Assembly (NCBI RefSeq): GCF_006345805.1
Contig: NC_043022.1
Span: 3,844,001-3,908,000 of the forward strand
Length of the DNA: 64,000 nt
Origin: Octopus sinensis
Taxonomy: Eukaryota
Direction: 5' to 3'
The notes below the pieces were generated by a model. The model did no database searches. It saw only the letters and a list, made by a program, of their open reading frames with translations, and was not told the DNA's origin. Position numbers and translations under genes: made by a program. Position 1 is the stretch's first letter. The number at the start of each line of letters is the position of its first letter. Below are positions 13,262 to 25,934 of this stretch, piece after piece.

Positions 13262-14139
13262 CTGGAGAGAAAGGAAAACACATCAAGATTTACTCAAAGA
13301 CATGGATAGACATACATCAGGATTTCCTCAAACCAATAAACCATTCCGTTTTTATTTTCTTCAAACATCTTGAATCTACAATCACATGATGCCAAGTGTA
13401 CTATACTTTTCAAAAAAGGTAAGGTGTAATTTGAGTGAAGTTTGGCTGCTATTTCTTACCAGTCATGTGCTGCACTGGATTAACCATTACACAAAATAAG
13501 GACATGGTTAAGGCATCAAGAGAAGGGGAGAGGGCACCACAGAAATGGTAAATGGTCTACGGCACAAAATTACTTGAAACTTGCTAAAATAAAACATTAT
13601 TGTGCATGCCTTTCCAAATGTATAAAGGGTCACAAATTGCTCAGCTAAGCATTCATTTTCTCCATTGAAGTACCCTATTTTAATGTGTATAAGGAACCCT
13701 TTTTTTGTCAGAAATTAGGTGAAAAAAATATGGGAGTTTCTTATACATGGATAGTATTATAATCTCTTACAAAACCTTTTCCCCAAATTTTAAGCCCCAC
13801 AAAGAATTAGGGGGTTCCTTATATACAAGGGTTTCTTATACATGTTAAAATACGGTATATTAAAAATCCCATCAGAACACCTATGCAATGAGGCAGGTTG
13901 GATGCCTTATCTCTGTTAATTATAGAAGCAGATGTGTTTTGTAAGATTAATTCTGAGGATCTGATCAAAGACTTTGCAATTTTTCAAAAAAATAAGAGAA
14001 AACTTTTCAAATATAAATAAAATAGAAATATACAAAAAAAAACATTATTTTCCATTTTTCTGTTAGTTTTGTTTCATTTTGAAAAATAAGAATTTATTTT
14101 AAGGTTTATTATTGTTTATATTTCAAATTACACAAACAA

Positions 14140-14350
14140 GGGGACGCCAAAAAGTTCCTGGCTTTGGGTAAAAGAAAACACAGTAGGGTCAGTTAATTAT
14201 GGTTTTATTCAACACATTCCCCTCTCAGATTCACACACTTATTGCAGTGGTCCTTTAGTGTTTTTCTAAGCCCTGTAAAAGAATTTGGAAGGCTGGACCC
14301 CAACCAGGCCTTTTGTGATACCTTTAAAGCCAGGAATTTTTCAGCACCCC
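14140..14350. mobile_element. Mariner-derived MITE
   Basis: About 26-bp imperfect TIRs (ggggacgccaaaaagttcctggcttt / aaagccaggaattttttcagcacccc); internal sequence resembles a transposase 3' end. Confidence 0.7.
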
Positions 14351-15024
14351 TGCATATATATGGTGGCACCAAAATATTTTAAGAGCTTAAGGCCTCTGTG
14401 AGTTTTAACCAAGCCCTGGATCCATGTGATTGCAAAGCTAACTTCCTAACCACACAGCTGTATCAACATATATTTTCTATAATCTATTTTCACAAAAATA
14501 CCTAAGTGTTAAACAATACCGTTCCTTTCTTCTTGAATGCTCAATGTAAACGTCCTGGTTGGCCAGAAAATGCCTGCATTTACAACAGTCTTGCAATTAA
14601 CAAAAACATAGGAGAAAACTTCTCGAATTTAAATAAAGTGGAAGTATAGGCGCAGGAGTGGCTGTGTGGTAAGTAGCTTGCTTACCAACCACATGGTTCC
14701 GGGTTCAGTCCCACAGCGTGGCATCTTGGGCAAATATCCTCTACTATAGCCTCGGGCCGACCAACGAGGCTGGCAAACGGCCACAATCAGATGGTGCTTT
14801 TTATGTGCCACCAGCACGGAGGCCAGTCGGGGTGGCGCTGGCAACGGCCACGTTTGGATGGTTCTCTTACGTGCCATCGGCACTGGTATCACAGCTACAG
14901 TTTCCATTGATGTTGATCGATTTCAATTTTGATTTTCACTTGCCTCACCAGGTCTTCACAAGACCTGTTGAGGTATAAAACATGGTAATTAAAATAAAGG
15001 TGAAACATGAGTATTTCTTCTCAC

Positions 15025-15177
15025 CTGTCGTATTAGTTGCTTTTGTGGATGGACGGAGCGAATCCCCAACACTCGCTCAGTGAGAGACGAATAACAACCC
15101 GATTGCAGAAAGAGGGCAAAGTTGATGAGGGCAGCGATTTTGAGGGATTTCTCACACCACTGGAGGTATTTGTTTAT
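15025..15177 (-). CDS. PEX2: PEX2 coding exon 5 (INKYLQWCEKSLKIAALINFALFLQSGCYSSLTERVLGIRSVHPQKQLIRQ)
   Basis: CTAAT branch-like motif + pyrimidine tract + cag| acceptor; CAG|gtgaga donor; 153 nt; conserved LxNFxxFLxxGxYxSLxERxLG. Not in the supplied ORF track. Confidence 0.94.
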
Positions 15178-15214
15178 CTGAAGAGGAAGAGGAGGAGGAG
15201 GATTAGCAGCAGTT

Positions 15215-15574
15215 TGTGTGCACGTGTGTGTGTGTTCAGTAGTTTATGTGTGTGTATACAGTAGTTTATGTATGTGTGTGCATGTGTATACAGTAGTTTA
15301 TGTATGTGTGTGTGTATGTGTACGTTTGTGTGTACAGTAGTTTATGTATGTGTGTGTGTACAGTAGTTTATGTATGTGTGTACTGTAGTTAATGCATGTG
15401 TGTGCATGTGTATACAGTAGTTTATGTGTGCGTGTATGCTCATGTACAGTAGCTTATGTATGCACATATGTGTATGTGTACAGTAGTTTATATATGCACG
15501 TATATTTGTGTTTATGTGTGTGTTTGTGTGTGTGGTGTGTGTGTGTGTGTTTGTGTGTGTTGTGTTTGTGTGTG

Positions 15575-15627
<53 letters not shown>

Positions 15628-15639
15628 TGTGTGTGTGTT

Positions 15640-15688
<49 letters not shown>

Positions 15689-15722
15689 TGTGTGTGGTGT
15701 GTGTGTGTGTTGTGTGTGTGTG
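15215..15722 (-). repeat. CA-rich microsatellite filling PEX2 intron 4
   Basis: (CA)n plus repeated aaactactgta units on the sense strand. Confidence 0.92.
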
Positions 15723-15759
15723 TAATCCAATGGAAGAATGAAAGGAAAGCTGCGAGAAC

Positions 15760-15972
15760 CTTTTCCTTAGTCTTGGACGTGGACAGACCCAAACTGTCGA
15801 TGGTCAAGTTGAGCCGTTCTTTGAGCCAAGGAATGATGATCAGAATGAAGCCATGGAGCAGCTTCTGCTTCTTCGACATCCAAGGATTGGTTTTGTCTTT
15901 GGCCCTGGCGTTGGCATAGGTGAGTCGGAGGAGCTGCTGGCCGACCGAGGCGCCAGTCGCAAACACGGAGAA
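15760..15972 (-). CDS. PEX2: PEX2 coding exon 4 (FSVFATGASVGQQLLRLTY...WLKERLNLTIDSLGLSTSKTKEK)
   Basis: ccag| acceptor; 213 nt. Donor AAG|gttctc is weak but is the in-frame GT just before the CA-repeat intron and joins exon 5 in frame. Confidence 0.88.
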
Positions 15973-16059
15973 CTGGTCAATGGAAAAATTCAAGACAAAA
16001 AAACTGGTGAAGACATTAGCACTAAAAAGGGGGCGGGGGCAGATGGGGGTAAGAGCGGT

Positions 16060-16600
16060 TTTGGAGATGGTTATGAGGATGATGGTGGTGGTGGTGGTGG
16101 TGGAGGGGGTTGTGTGGATGATGGTGGCGGATGGTGATGACGGTGGTAGAGGTGATGATAGGATGGCAGTGGTGATGATAGGATGGTAGTGGTGGTAGAG
16201 ATGATAGTAGTGGTGGTGATGGTGGTGGCGGTGACGGCAGTGGTGGTAATGGTGGTAGTGGTGATGATGGTGCTGTTGGTATTGATGGCGGTGAGGGTGG
16301 TGATGGTGGTCATATGAATGATGATGGGAGGGGGTGATGGTGATGACGGTAGTTGTGGTAGGGTAAACAAGGATGATTTTGATGATGATGATAATGATGA
16401 CACAGATAAGTATGGTGATGCTGATGGTGATGACAACACTAACTAATAATTATGACAGCTGATGGTGATGACAACGACAAGGATGACAATGATGATGATG
16501 ATGATAACAATACAGATGGGTAATGACAATGATAATAATGATGAAAATGATGATGTTGATGATGATGACATCTGGGATGAGAATGATGACAATACTGATG
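16060..16600 (+). repeat. (GGT/GAT)n low-complexity tract in PEX2 intron 3
   Basis: Degenerate trinucleotide repeats. Confidence 0.85.
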
Positions 16601-16942
16601 ACTGAGACCATAGTCACGGCCAATGCCAGCCTCAGGTCAGTGACACCCACGCCAGTGACACATAAAAAGCACCTGTTACACTCTCAGAGTGGTTGGCGTT
16701 AGGAAGGGCATCCAGCCATAGAAACCTTGCCAGATCAGATGAGCCTGGTACAGACCCCTCAGCTTACCAGCTCTGCTCAAACCATCCAACCCATGACAGC
16801 ATGGAAAGTGGATGTTAAACATCGATGATGATGATGATGATGACCAATGTGGTGATGAAAATGCTGGTCATAATTCTGATGATGGCTAAGAATACGAAAA
16901 GTAAAAAAATACAATCAAGGGGAAACGAAAGCTCAAACTTAC

Positions 16943-17005
16943 TCTCCATATCACAAACTTGAGTAAGGCTGTTATCTCTGGATCCAGTTTCGTTAACAAA
17001 GACAA
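16943..17005 (-). CDS. PEX2: PEX2 coding exon 3 (LSLLTKLDPEITALLKFVIWR)
   Basis: Polypyrimidine tract + ttag| acceptor, AGA|gtaagt donor, 63 nt; aligns to human LLARFEPEVKACLWVFLWR. Confidence 0.92.
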
Positions 17006-17059
17006 CTAAAAAAAGAAAAGGAGAAAAAATTGCAAAATTAAAAAGGGAAAACAAACGTA

Positions 17060-17508
17060 GGTGCAGGAGTGGCTGTGTGGTAAGTAGCTTGCTTACCAAC
17101 CACATGGTTCCGGGTTCAGTCCCACTGCGTGGCATCTTGGGCAAGTGTCTTCTGCTATAGCCCCGGGCCGACCAAAGCCTTGTGAGTGGATTTGGTAGAC
17201 AGAAACTGAAAAGAAGCCCGTCGTATATATGTATATATATGTGTATGCGCGTGTGTGTTTGTGTGTGTGTGTGTGTGTGTGTATGTTTGTGTGTCTGTGT
17301 TTGTCCCCCTAGCATTGCTTGACAACCGATGCTGGCGTGTTTACGTCCCTGTCACTTAGCAGTTCGGCAAAAGAGACAGATAGAATAAGTACTGGGCTTA
17401 CAAAGAATAAGTCCCAGGGTCGATTTGTTTGACTAAAGGCGGTGCTCCAGCATGGCTGCAGTCAAATGACTGAAACAAGTAAAAGAGTAAACAGAGAGTA
17501 AAGAGTAT
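17060..17508 (+). mobile_element. SINE family A, full length
   Basis: Same head, microsatellite and tail; starts about 55 bp from the exon 3 acceptor. Confidence 0.92.
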
Positions 17509-17706
17509 GGCATGTGGAGATTTTTTTGGAAAATCACAGGAATTAGGTGCAGGCGTGGCTGCATGGTAACACGTTTGTTTCCCAACCACATGATTCCGGG
17601 TTCAGTCCCACTGTGTGGCACCTTGGACAAATGTCTTCTACTATATCCTTGGGCCAACCAAAGCCTTGTGAGCGGAGGTGGTAAATGGAAACTGAAAGAA
17701 ACCCAT

Positions 17707-17738
<32 letters not shown>

Positions 17739-17911
17739 CAAGTTCAGCAAAAATTTCAAGATAATACTATTCTATATATTTGGGGATGAGGAATTATGAA
17801 CGGATAGGTGTCCTCGCCTTGTTTGTTTGTTCTCATCACCAACATACGTTAGGAATGGGAAGAGTGTACCCCATTAGTCAAATAAAGAGTTTGGTTCGAA
17901 ATTTCCCGAAG

Positions 17912-17954
17912 ACACCTGATGAAGGCCGGAGAGTAAATCAGCCGAAACTTTGTG
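17912..17954 (+). ncRNA. Degenerate hammerhead-like motif in a Penelope-type remnant
   Basis: CAC-CUGAUGA-A-GGC...GCC-GAAA-CUUU-GUG; canonical core, but stem III palindrome is broken (ACUU instead of ACGU). Confidence 0.45.
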
Positions 17955-17989
17955 GGAACAACAAACAAGATTTCAGGATGCCAAGAAAA

Positions 17990-18180
17990 CCCAAGAAAAT
18001 GCAACAAGGCAGCTGCTCCCTATCCCAAAACAAGGATTTCCAGGAATGGTTCCATGAATGGAGACAACGCTGGATAAAGTGTGTGGCTTCAGAAAGGGGT
18101 TACTTTGAAGGAGATTAAATCCCGAATTGCTGTGGGTTGTATTTTTCCTTTTATAGCACCAGACTTGATACTTTTTAATC
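17990..18180 (+). mobile_element. Mariner transposase 3' remnant
   Basis: FQEWFHEWRQRWIKCVASERGYFEGD* matches the mariner C-terminal W..RW.KC....G.YFEGD motif. Confidence 0.75.
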
Positions 18181-18802
18181 ATATTTTGTATATGTAAATT
18201 CTGGTGACCATTTACAGACAGACCGACTGAGTCGTTAGATAATTGTTTTGACCATAAATTCAGAGGACAAATAACTGACAATAAAGGATTTCACCAAGGT
18301 CTTCAACTAATAATGGGGGCCTTAAGTTTTTTTGGTCCTGAGCAAACAGACTAATGATAAAAGGTATTCCAGCCGTACCCACCCCATTTTTTGCTCTCTG
18401 TGCAGAGAGTGAGGACCGCATTACCTCATATGGTTTTTCTTGGAAGTTGAGGTGCGATTTGAGGCGATCTGCAGGTCAAGCGACAACCAAGAGACATACT
18501 CGTGATCTAGCCTCTATTTGCTCATTCACCCTTCAGGAAAAAGCGGCCAAATCTTCTTCAAATCACAAATTACTAAGTTCAAAATGAAGAGTCATACTGA
18601 AGATTGTAGTCTAGCAAAAACAAAAAAAGACGTCGGGGCAGGTTCTTTCATCAAATACCGGTTCGATCAGAACAGAACTGGGGACCAAACAACGAAATGG
18701 ATTCAGACAAAATTGAGGGGGGGACAACTCCTAGTGGTTCCAGATTCAAGGGAGAGAATTAGGTTTTTTGTCTTGAAAACTTCAAATGTTTAATATATTA
18801 TA

Positions 18803-18872
<70 letters not shown>

Positions 18873-19621
18873 GAGGTATACTTGCCATCTCAATATGGCT
18901 AACCACTAAGGTTGGGTGTTACTGTAGCTTGTAGCCCCAGGAGAACATCGTCTCCAGCTGGCCTAAATTAACATTTCTCAAGATGTGATGGAAGCCCCAC
19001 GGGGCTTGGGTTAGTCGAGAATGGAGTGTAAGTTAGTAAAAAATGAGTAAAATTTGCAACAAAACCTTAATTAAAACCTCTTTTGAAAGTCACTTCTGTA
19101 TGTATGCTTGTATGTATTTATATATGTGTGTATAGATTGCTTGAAGTGGTGCACAGATTTTATATATTAAGAGAAAGGCAAAAGAATTTTCTGTAAAACT
19201 CATATTTGAGGTGTCTCGATGACTGAGACGAAAGCGCTAATAAAGAATTACCCAAAATTCTGACTGCTTCCTTTTTCTTAAGAGGCGCAAGAGTGGCTAT
19301 GTATTAATTAGCTTGCTTACCAACCACATGGGTCCAGGTTCAGTCCCACAGTGTGGCACCTTGGGCAAGTGTCTTCTACCATAGCCTCGGGCTGACCCAA
19401 AGCTGCTTTCTGAGTGGATTTGGTAGATGGAAACTGAAAGAAGCCTGTCATATATATATATATATACATACACATATATATATACATATATACATACATA
19501 TACAGACATATATATGTACATATACATATATATATACATATACATTCTTATACATATATATATATATACACATATATATATACATACATACATACATATA
19601 CATACATACATATACATTTAT

Positions 19622-19669
<48 letters not shown>

Positions 19670-20178
19670 CACACACACACACATATAATTAGGAAGGGAA
19701 GCCAGTTGTAGAAACTCTGCCAGGTCAGATTGGAGCCTGGTGCAGCCATCTGGTTCACCAGGCCTCAGTCAAATCATCCAACCCATGCTGGCATGGAAAG
19801 CGGATGTTAAACGATGATGATGATGATGATAGATATATACATGTACATATAGAGTGGGCTATAGCAGCCCATGTATGACTGAAAGACTTTACCAGGTGGT
19901 GCTATTGAGTTAGACCTTGCCTGGACCTATAATGGCCGAAACCTATCAAAGTTATCAAAGTCTGTGTCTGTGTTTGTCCCCCCACCATTGCTTGACAACC
20001 GATGTTGGTGCGTTTACATTCCCTTAACCTAGCAGTTTGGCAAAAGGGACCAATAGAATATGTAGTAGACTAACAAAGTATAAGTTATGGGGTCGATTTG
20101 TTCAACTGAAGGCAGTGCTCCAGCATGGTCACAGTCAAATGGTTGGAACAAATAATAGTAAAAGAGTATATATATATA

Positions 20179-20348
20179 CAGGAGTGGCTGTGTGGTAAGT
20201 AGCTTGCCTACCAACCACATGGTTCCGGGTTCAGTCCCACTGTGTGGCATCTTGGGCAAGTGTCTTCTGCTATAGCCCTGGGCCAACCAATGCCTTGTGA
20301 GTGGATTTGGTAGACGGAAACTGAAAGAAGCCCGTCGTATATATATAT

Positions 20349-20396
<48 letters not shown>

Positions 20397-20603
20397 ATGT
20401 GTGTGCTTGTGTGTCTTGTTTGTCCCCCTAGCATTGCTTGACAACCGATGCTGGTGTGTTTTACGTCCCCGTCACTTAGCGGTTCGGCAAAAGAGACCGA
20501 TAGAATAAGTACTGGGCTTACAAAGAATAAGTCCGGGGTCGATTTGCTCGACTAAAGGCGGTGCTCCAGCATGGCCGCAGTCAATGACTGAAACAAGTAA
20601 AAG
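20179..20603 (+). mobile_element. SINE family A, full length
   Basis: Near-consensus copy. Confidence 0.92.
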
Positions 20604-21114
20604 ATATATCTTCCATATAAAAAAAATGCAATGTGTCTTGTAGGTCATGCTGGTAAAGGGAGACTAAAACAACAAATGAAGTGGGAGTGAGTGACAGTGA
20701 GAGATGCTAAATATAGGCGAAGTGTTGTCAGCTCTGAAGTTGCTGGTTTTTTAATGAAAATGAACTCCATTTTACTGTAAATTTTATTTATCTATTTCAC
20801 ACAGGCCGACATATCTTACAATAAAATGCAGTGTTTCACTTCCATGAAGCCGCTTGAAACAAAGGAAATGCAACCAGGGAGTGGAGTGATTCCAAGTAGG
20901 AATCTTAAATGTCGGAAAAGCAAGTATTTTGATAAAAAGTATAAAACTGTAAATCTTGTTGTTTTAAATAAACAGTTTCTTTTTTCTTTTTTGTCCTTTG
21001 GAAAAACACCTTCATTTATTCCAGAAATAATTCATAGAAAATAAAAAGAAACAGAAAAAAAGAGAAAGACAAGAAAGGAAAAGAGAGACCCCTTTTTCTT
21101 TTCTTTCTTTTTTC

Positions 21115-21518
21115 TTTACTCTTTTACTTGTTTCAGTCATTTGACTGCGGCCATGCTGGAGCACCGCCTTTAGTCGAGCAAATTGACCCCGGGACTTATT
21201 CTTTGTAAGCCAAGTACTTTTCTATCGGTCTCTTTTGCCGAACCGCTAAGTGACGGGGACGTAAACAACCGGCATCGGTTGTCAAGCAATGCTAGGGGGA
21301 CAAACACAGACACACATACCAACATACACACACATACATATATATATATACTATATACGAAAGGCTTCTTTCAGTTTCTGTCTACCAAATCCATCACAAG
21401 GCTTTGGTCGGCCCGGGGCTATAGCAGAAAAAGACTTGCCAAGATGAACGCCAGTGGGAGAACCCGGAACCATGTGGTTGGTTAGCAAGCTACTTACCAC
21501 ACAGCACACTCCTGCGCC
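21115..21518 (-). mobile_element. SINE family A, full length, inverted
   Basis: Reverse complement of the family A consensus. Confidence 0.92.
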
Positions 21519-21618
21519 TTTTCTCGTCTCTTTTTTTTAGTTTTGCATTTTCTATAAATTATGCCTGGAATAAACAAAAATTTGGTAATAAAATACACTA
21601 AGGGATGATAGGAGTTCA

Positions 21619-21658
<40 letters not shown>

Positions 21659-21797
21659 CATGCAACCAATGTAACTTCTGATGGTGTCAAATGACAGAGA
21701 ATGAGGGTTAGAGAATAAAAATGTTATTGTGAGAGTTTGTATTTTTTTCCTTTTTTTTTTTCCTTTTCTATATTCACCTATTTTTTCAATAAATTTG

Positions 21798-22186
21798 CGC
21801 AGGAGTGGCTGTGTGGTAAGTAGCTTGTTTACCAACCACATGGTTCTGGGTTCAGTCCCACTGCGTGGCATCTTGGGCAAGCTTCTTCTACTATAGCCCC
21901 AGGCTGACCAAAGCCTTGTGAGTGGATTTGGTAAATGAAAACTGAAAGAAGCCCATCGTATATATGTATATATATATATGCATTTGTGTGGCTGTGTTTG
22001 TCCCCCTAGCATTGCTTGACCACCGATGCTGGTGTGTTTATATCCCTGTTACTACGGTCAAAAGAGACCGATAGAATAAGTACTGGGCTTACAAAAGAAT
22101 AATCCTGGGGTCGAGTTGCTCGATTAAATGGTGGTGCTCCAGCATGGCCGCAGTCAAATGACTGAAACAAGTAAAAGAGTAAAGAG
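21798..22186 (+). mobile_element. SINE family A flanked by about 195-bp direct repeats
   Basis: Flanks 21599-21797 and 22187-22376 are near-identical. Confidence 0.9.
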
Positions 22187-22429
22187 TAAGGGATGATGGG
22201 AGTTCACACACATACACACACACACACACACATGCACGCAACCAATGTAACTTCTGATGGTGTCAAATGACAGAGAATGAGGGTTAGAGAATAAAAATGT
22301 TATTGTGAGAGTTTGTATTTTTATAATTTTTTGCTTTTCCTTTTCTATATTCACCTATTTTTTTTCAATAAATTTGGTAATTGTTTATTAAAAAGAAACA
22401 AAATAAATTTAAAAAAAAAAGAACACTCT

Positions 22430-22658
22430 TTAACCCTTTAGTGTTCATATTATTCTGCCAAAATGAATCCTTTTTAATCCACATTGTTTTGAACTAATCA
22501 TGCATTATCTTGTAGCTATGAGATTTTGATGAGGTAGCTGTTAATTTTTAAAACGATATTGTAGGGTTGGTGTGAGAGACCAGATCTGGCCAGTTTGACC
22601 ATAAAACAGGCAGAATACTTTTGGCCGGATATGGCCGATTTAAATGCTAAAGGGTTAA
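22430..22658. mobile_element. piggyBac-like MITE (TTAA-CCCTTTAG ends)
   Basis: TTAACCCTTTAG...CTAAAGGGTTAA termini; the same family recurs at about 1-60, 4043-4890 and 26600-27730. Confidence 0.75.
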
Positions 22659-23725
22659 AGGATCTACCACTGATTCAATGAAACGAGCAGACGACATTCA
22701 AGGAGGTCAAACAGCAGTCAACCCCAATATTAAAGCATGTTGCCGGTCAGTGTAGAAAAATATTGTTTCAAGCAGAATTAAGACCATCATCATCATCATC
22801 ATGTAGTGTCTGTTGTCCATGCCGGCATGGGTTGGACGGTTTGTCCGGGGCTAGCATGCTGGAAGGCTGTACCAGACCCCAGTCTGATTTGGCATGGTGT
22901 TCTACGGCTGGATGCCCTTCCTAACACCAACCACTCTGAAGAGGGTAATGGGTGCTTTTACGTGCCACCGCATGGGTGCCATCTGTGTGACAACGGGGTG
23001 CTTTCACATGCCACCAGCACAGGTGCCAGTTTGTGTGACACAGGTATCAGCCATGACTGAATTTTGCTCGGCTTGGAGGGTCTTCTCAAGCATGACATAA
23101 TACCAAAGGTCTTAGTCAGTGCCTCCATGGGGCCCAATGCTCGAAAGGTGTGTAAATATATCATGAAGAGAATAACTCCAGCAGACCGTGAAGAAGCTAT
23201 ATTTTACGTTGAGTTTTGTCTTTACTTAGACAAGTTTCATTAATTTCGTATCAAGTGTCGTCTTCCCCTGATCCACTTTCATTTGACCAAGATATCTAAC
23301 ATTGTTGTTGCACTTCCATTATTTCTCGTGTCTAAGGATGGGTCCTGATGTGTGTGAGTCTGCTTTGAAATGGAGAAATGAAGAAGCAAATTGACCTCAT
23401 CTTCACTTTTGCATTTTGCCCCAGCTAAATTTTATCTTTGATATGCTCAAAGAGAACAGTGATAATTTTCCAAAATACTGTTTTTAATGCATTTAGAGAA
23501 GATAGAGTTTCTGTAAATTATGAATAATCATTAAAAAAATACATATTTCTTCTCAAAGTCAAAAATTCAGTAAAAACTCCTCATCGTGATCCCCCAATCC
23601 CATATATGTGTGTGTGTGTGTGTTGCCATGTAGTAAAAAGTTTGCTACTCAGCCACACTATAACCCAGGGCCAACTAAAGCCTTGTGAGTGGATTTAGTA
23701 GACAGTTAGCTGAAAGAAGTCTGTC

Positions 23726-23769
<44 letters not shown>

Positions 23770-23843
23770 ATGTGTGTGTGTATGTATGTGTGTGTGTGTA
23801 TATATATATGTATGGTGTATGTATATATATATATGTATGTGTG

Positions 23844-23891
<48 letters not shown>

Positions 23892-25006
23892 ATATATATA
23901 ATATATATATACATATGTGTGTGTGTATGTCATTGTGTTTGTGTTTGTCTCCTATCACTGCTTGGTTTGTTTATGTCCCTGCAAAAGAAAGTGATAGAAT
24001 ATCCATCACTTAAAAAATAAGTAATAGAATATAGGGCTTCATTCAACTGGAACCCTCTATATTACATGGCTGCACTCTAATGGCTGAAACAAATAAAAAC
24101 TTTTATATATATATCACCATCATATATATCATCATCATTTAACACCCATTGTCCATGCTGGCATGGGCTCCACAGTTTGAACAGGGCTGCTAAGCTGGAA
24201 GGTTGCAACAGACCCCAGTCTGATTTGGCAAGGTTTTCTATGGCTGGATGCCCTTCCTAATGCCAACCACTCCAAGACATTACAACTGTATCTCATTGTT
24301 CAAGTGCTTCAATTCTATGTATGTACGTATATTTACTAGATTGCCAGCATGGTTTTTTTAAAAAACTTTTTAAACATTTTATCAGTCTCTTTAGCTGAAC
24401 CACTAAATTATGAGGATATAAAGACACCAACACCAGTCATAAAGCAGTGGTGGGTGACAGACAGACAGATACACATCTATGCTGAGTAAAGCCATGGCTG
24501 GCCATAGGCATGGTCTTTATGTCCCTCTCTCAGTTGAGAGATCCTAGTATCGTGGACTGACAGGTACTGTGGTCACATAGATGTACCTCATGCAGGTGCC
24601 ACGTGAAACTCGCCCATGCTGGTTCCACACACAACCACCCAGTACATTCTGTGGAGTGGTGGGTGTTAGGAAGGATATCTAGCTGTAGAAACCATGACAC
24701 AATGGACATGGAGCCTGGACAGCTCTCCAGCTGACCATCTCCTATGAAAGTATCCAACCCATGGAGAACAGGCACTAAATGATGATGACAATGATGATGA
24801 TATATATTCTTTAATTCTTTTACTTATTTCAGTCAGTTGACTGCAGCCATGCTGGAGCACCTCCTTTAGTTGAACACATCAACCCCAGGACTTACTCTAT
24901 TGGTCTCTTTTGCTGAAGTGCTAAGTTATGGGGATGTAAACACACCAACATCAGTTGTCAAGTAATGGTGGCAGGGAACAAACACAGACACGCAAACATA
25001 TATACC

Positions 25007-25037
<31 letters not shown>

Positions 25038-25358
25038 CTATATATATATCTATATATATATCTATATATATATATATATATACATACATATACATGTGTG
25101 TGTATATATATATATGTATGTATGTATGTATTTGTGTGTTTATGTTTGTCCCCCACCATCGCTTGACAATAATGTTGGTGTGTTTATGTCCCCCATAACT
25201 TAGCAGTTCGGTAAAAGAGACCGAATATATAAGTACTAAGCCTACAAATAATAAGTCCTGGGGTTGATTTGTGCAACTAAAAGCGGTGCTTCAACATGGC
25301 CACAACCAAATGACTGAAACTAGTAAAAAAAAAGAAAAGAATATATGCATGCACGCGC

Positions 25359-25390
<32 letters not shown>

Positions 25391-25934
25391 ACACGCACAC
25401 ACACACACACACACAAACACGCACACACACAAACACACACACGCACAAATAGAAATAAACGTCGAGTGGCATCCTAATTTCTAACCCTTACCATTAGACC
25501 CTATCTGCCAACCACCAAGATACAATATCTCTTTGCTTGCCCTTCGACCTCTAAGCTCAAATGCTGAGAGATCTATGTCCCGGCATTCCACCTGCTGACT
25601 GACCCGCATTTCTTATCTACACCAATTTACAATTGTTGTCAGGTGTGCCTCATGCTATACAAACATACGCGTGGGTGGTGGAAATAAACTTCTTTTAATG
25701 TCTGCCTCTCAGTGCTTGCATGGTTCTGATGAAATCTGTTGAGGTAAATTCTCTATGGCCTGCTGTCATTCCTCTTGCCAAACATCTTTCCAAGCAAAGT
25801 AATATTTCCCAAAGTCCTTGGAAGAGAAACAGCAGAATGACCAGACATGTTTTCACGGAAGATTGCAAATAAACAGATTGCAAATGATGATGGTATTTGT
25901 TTATAATTAGCACAGAATGTCAAGACAAAGACAT

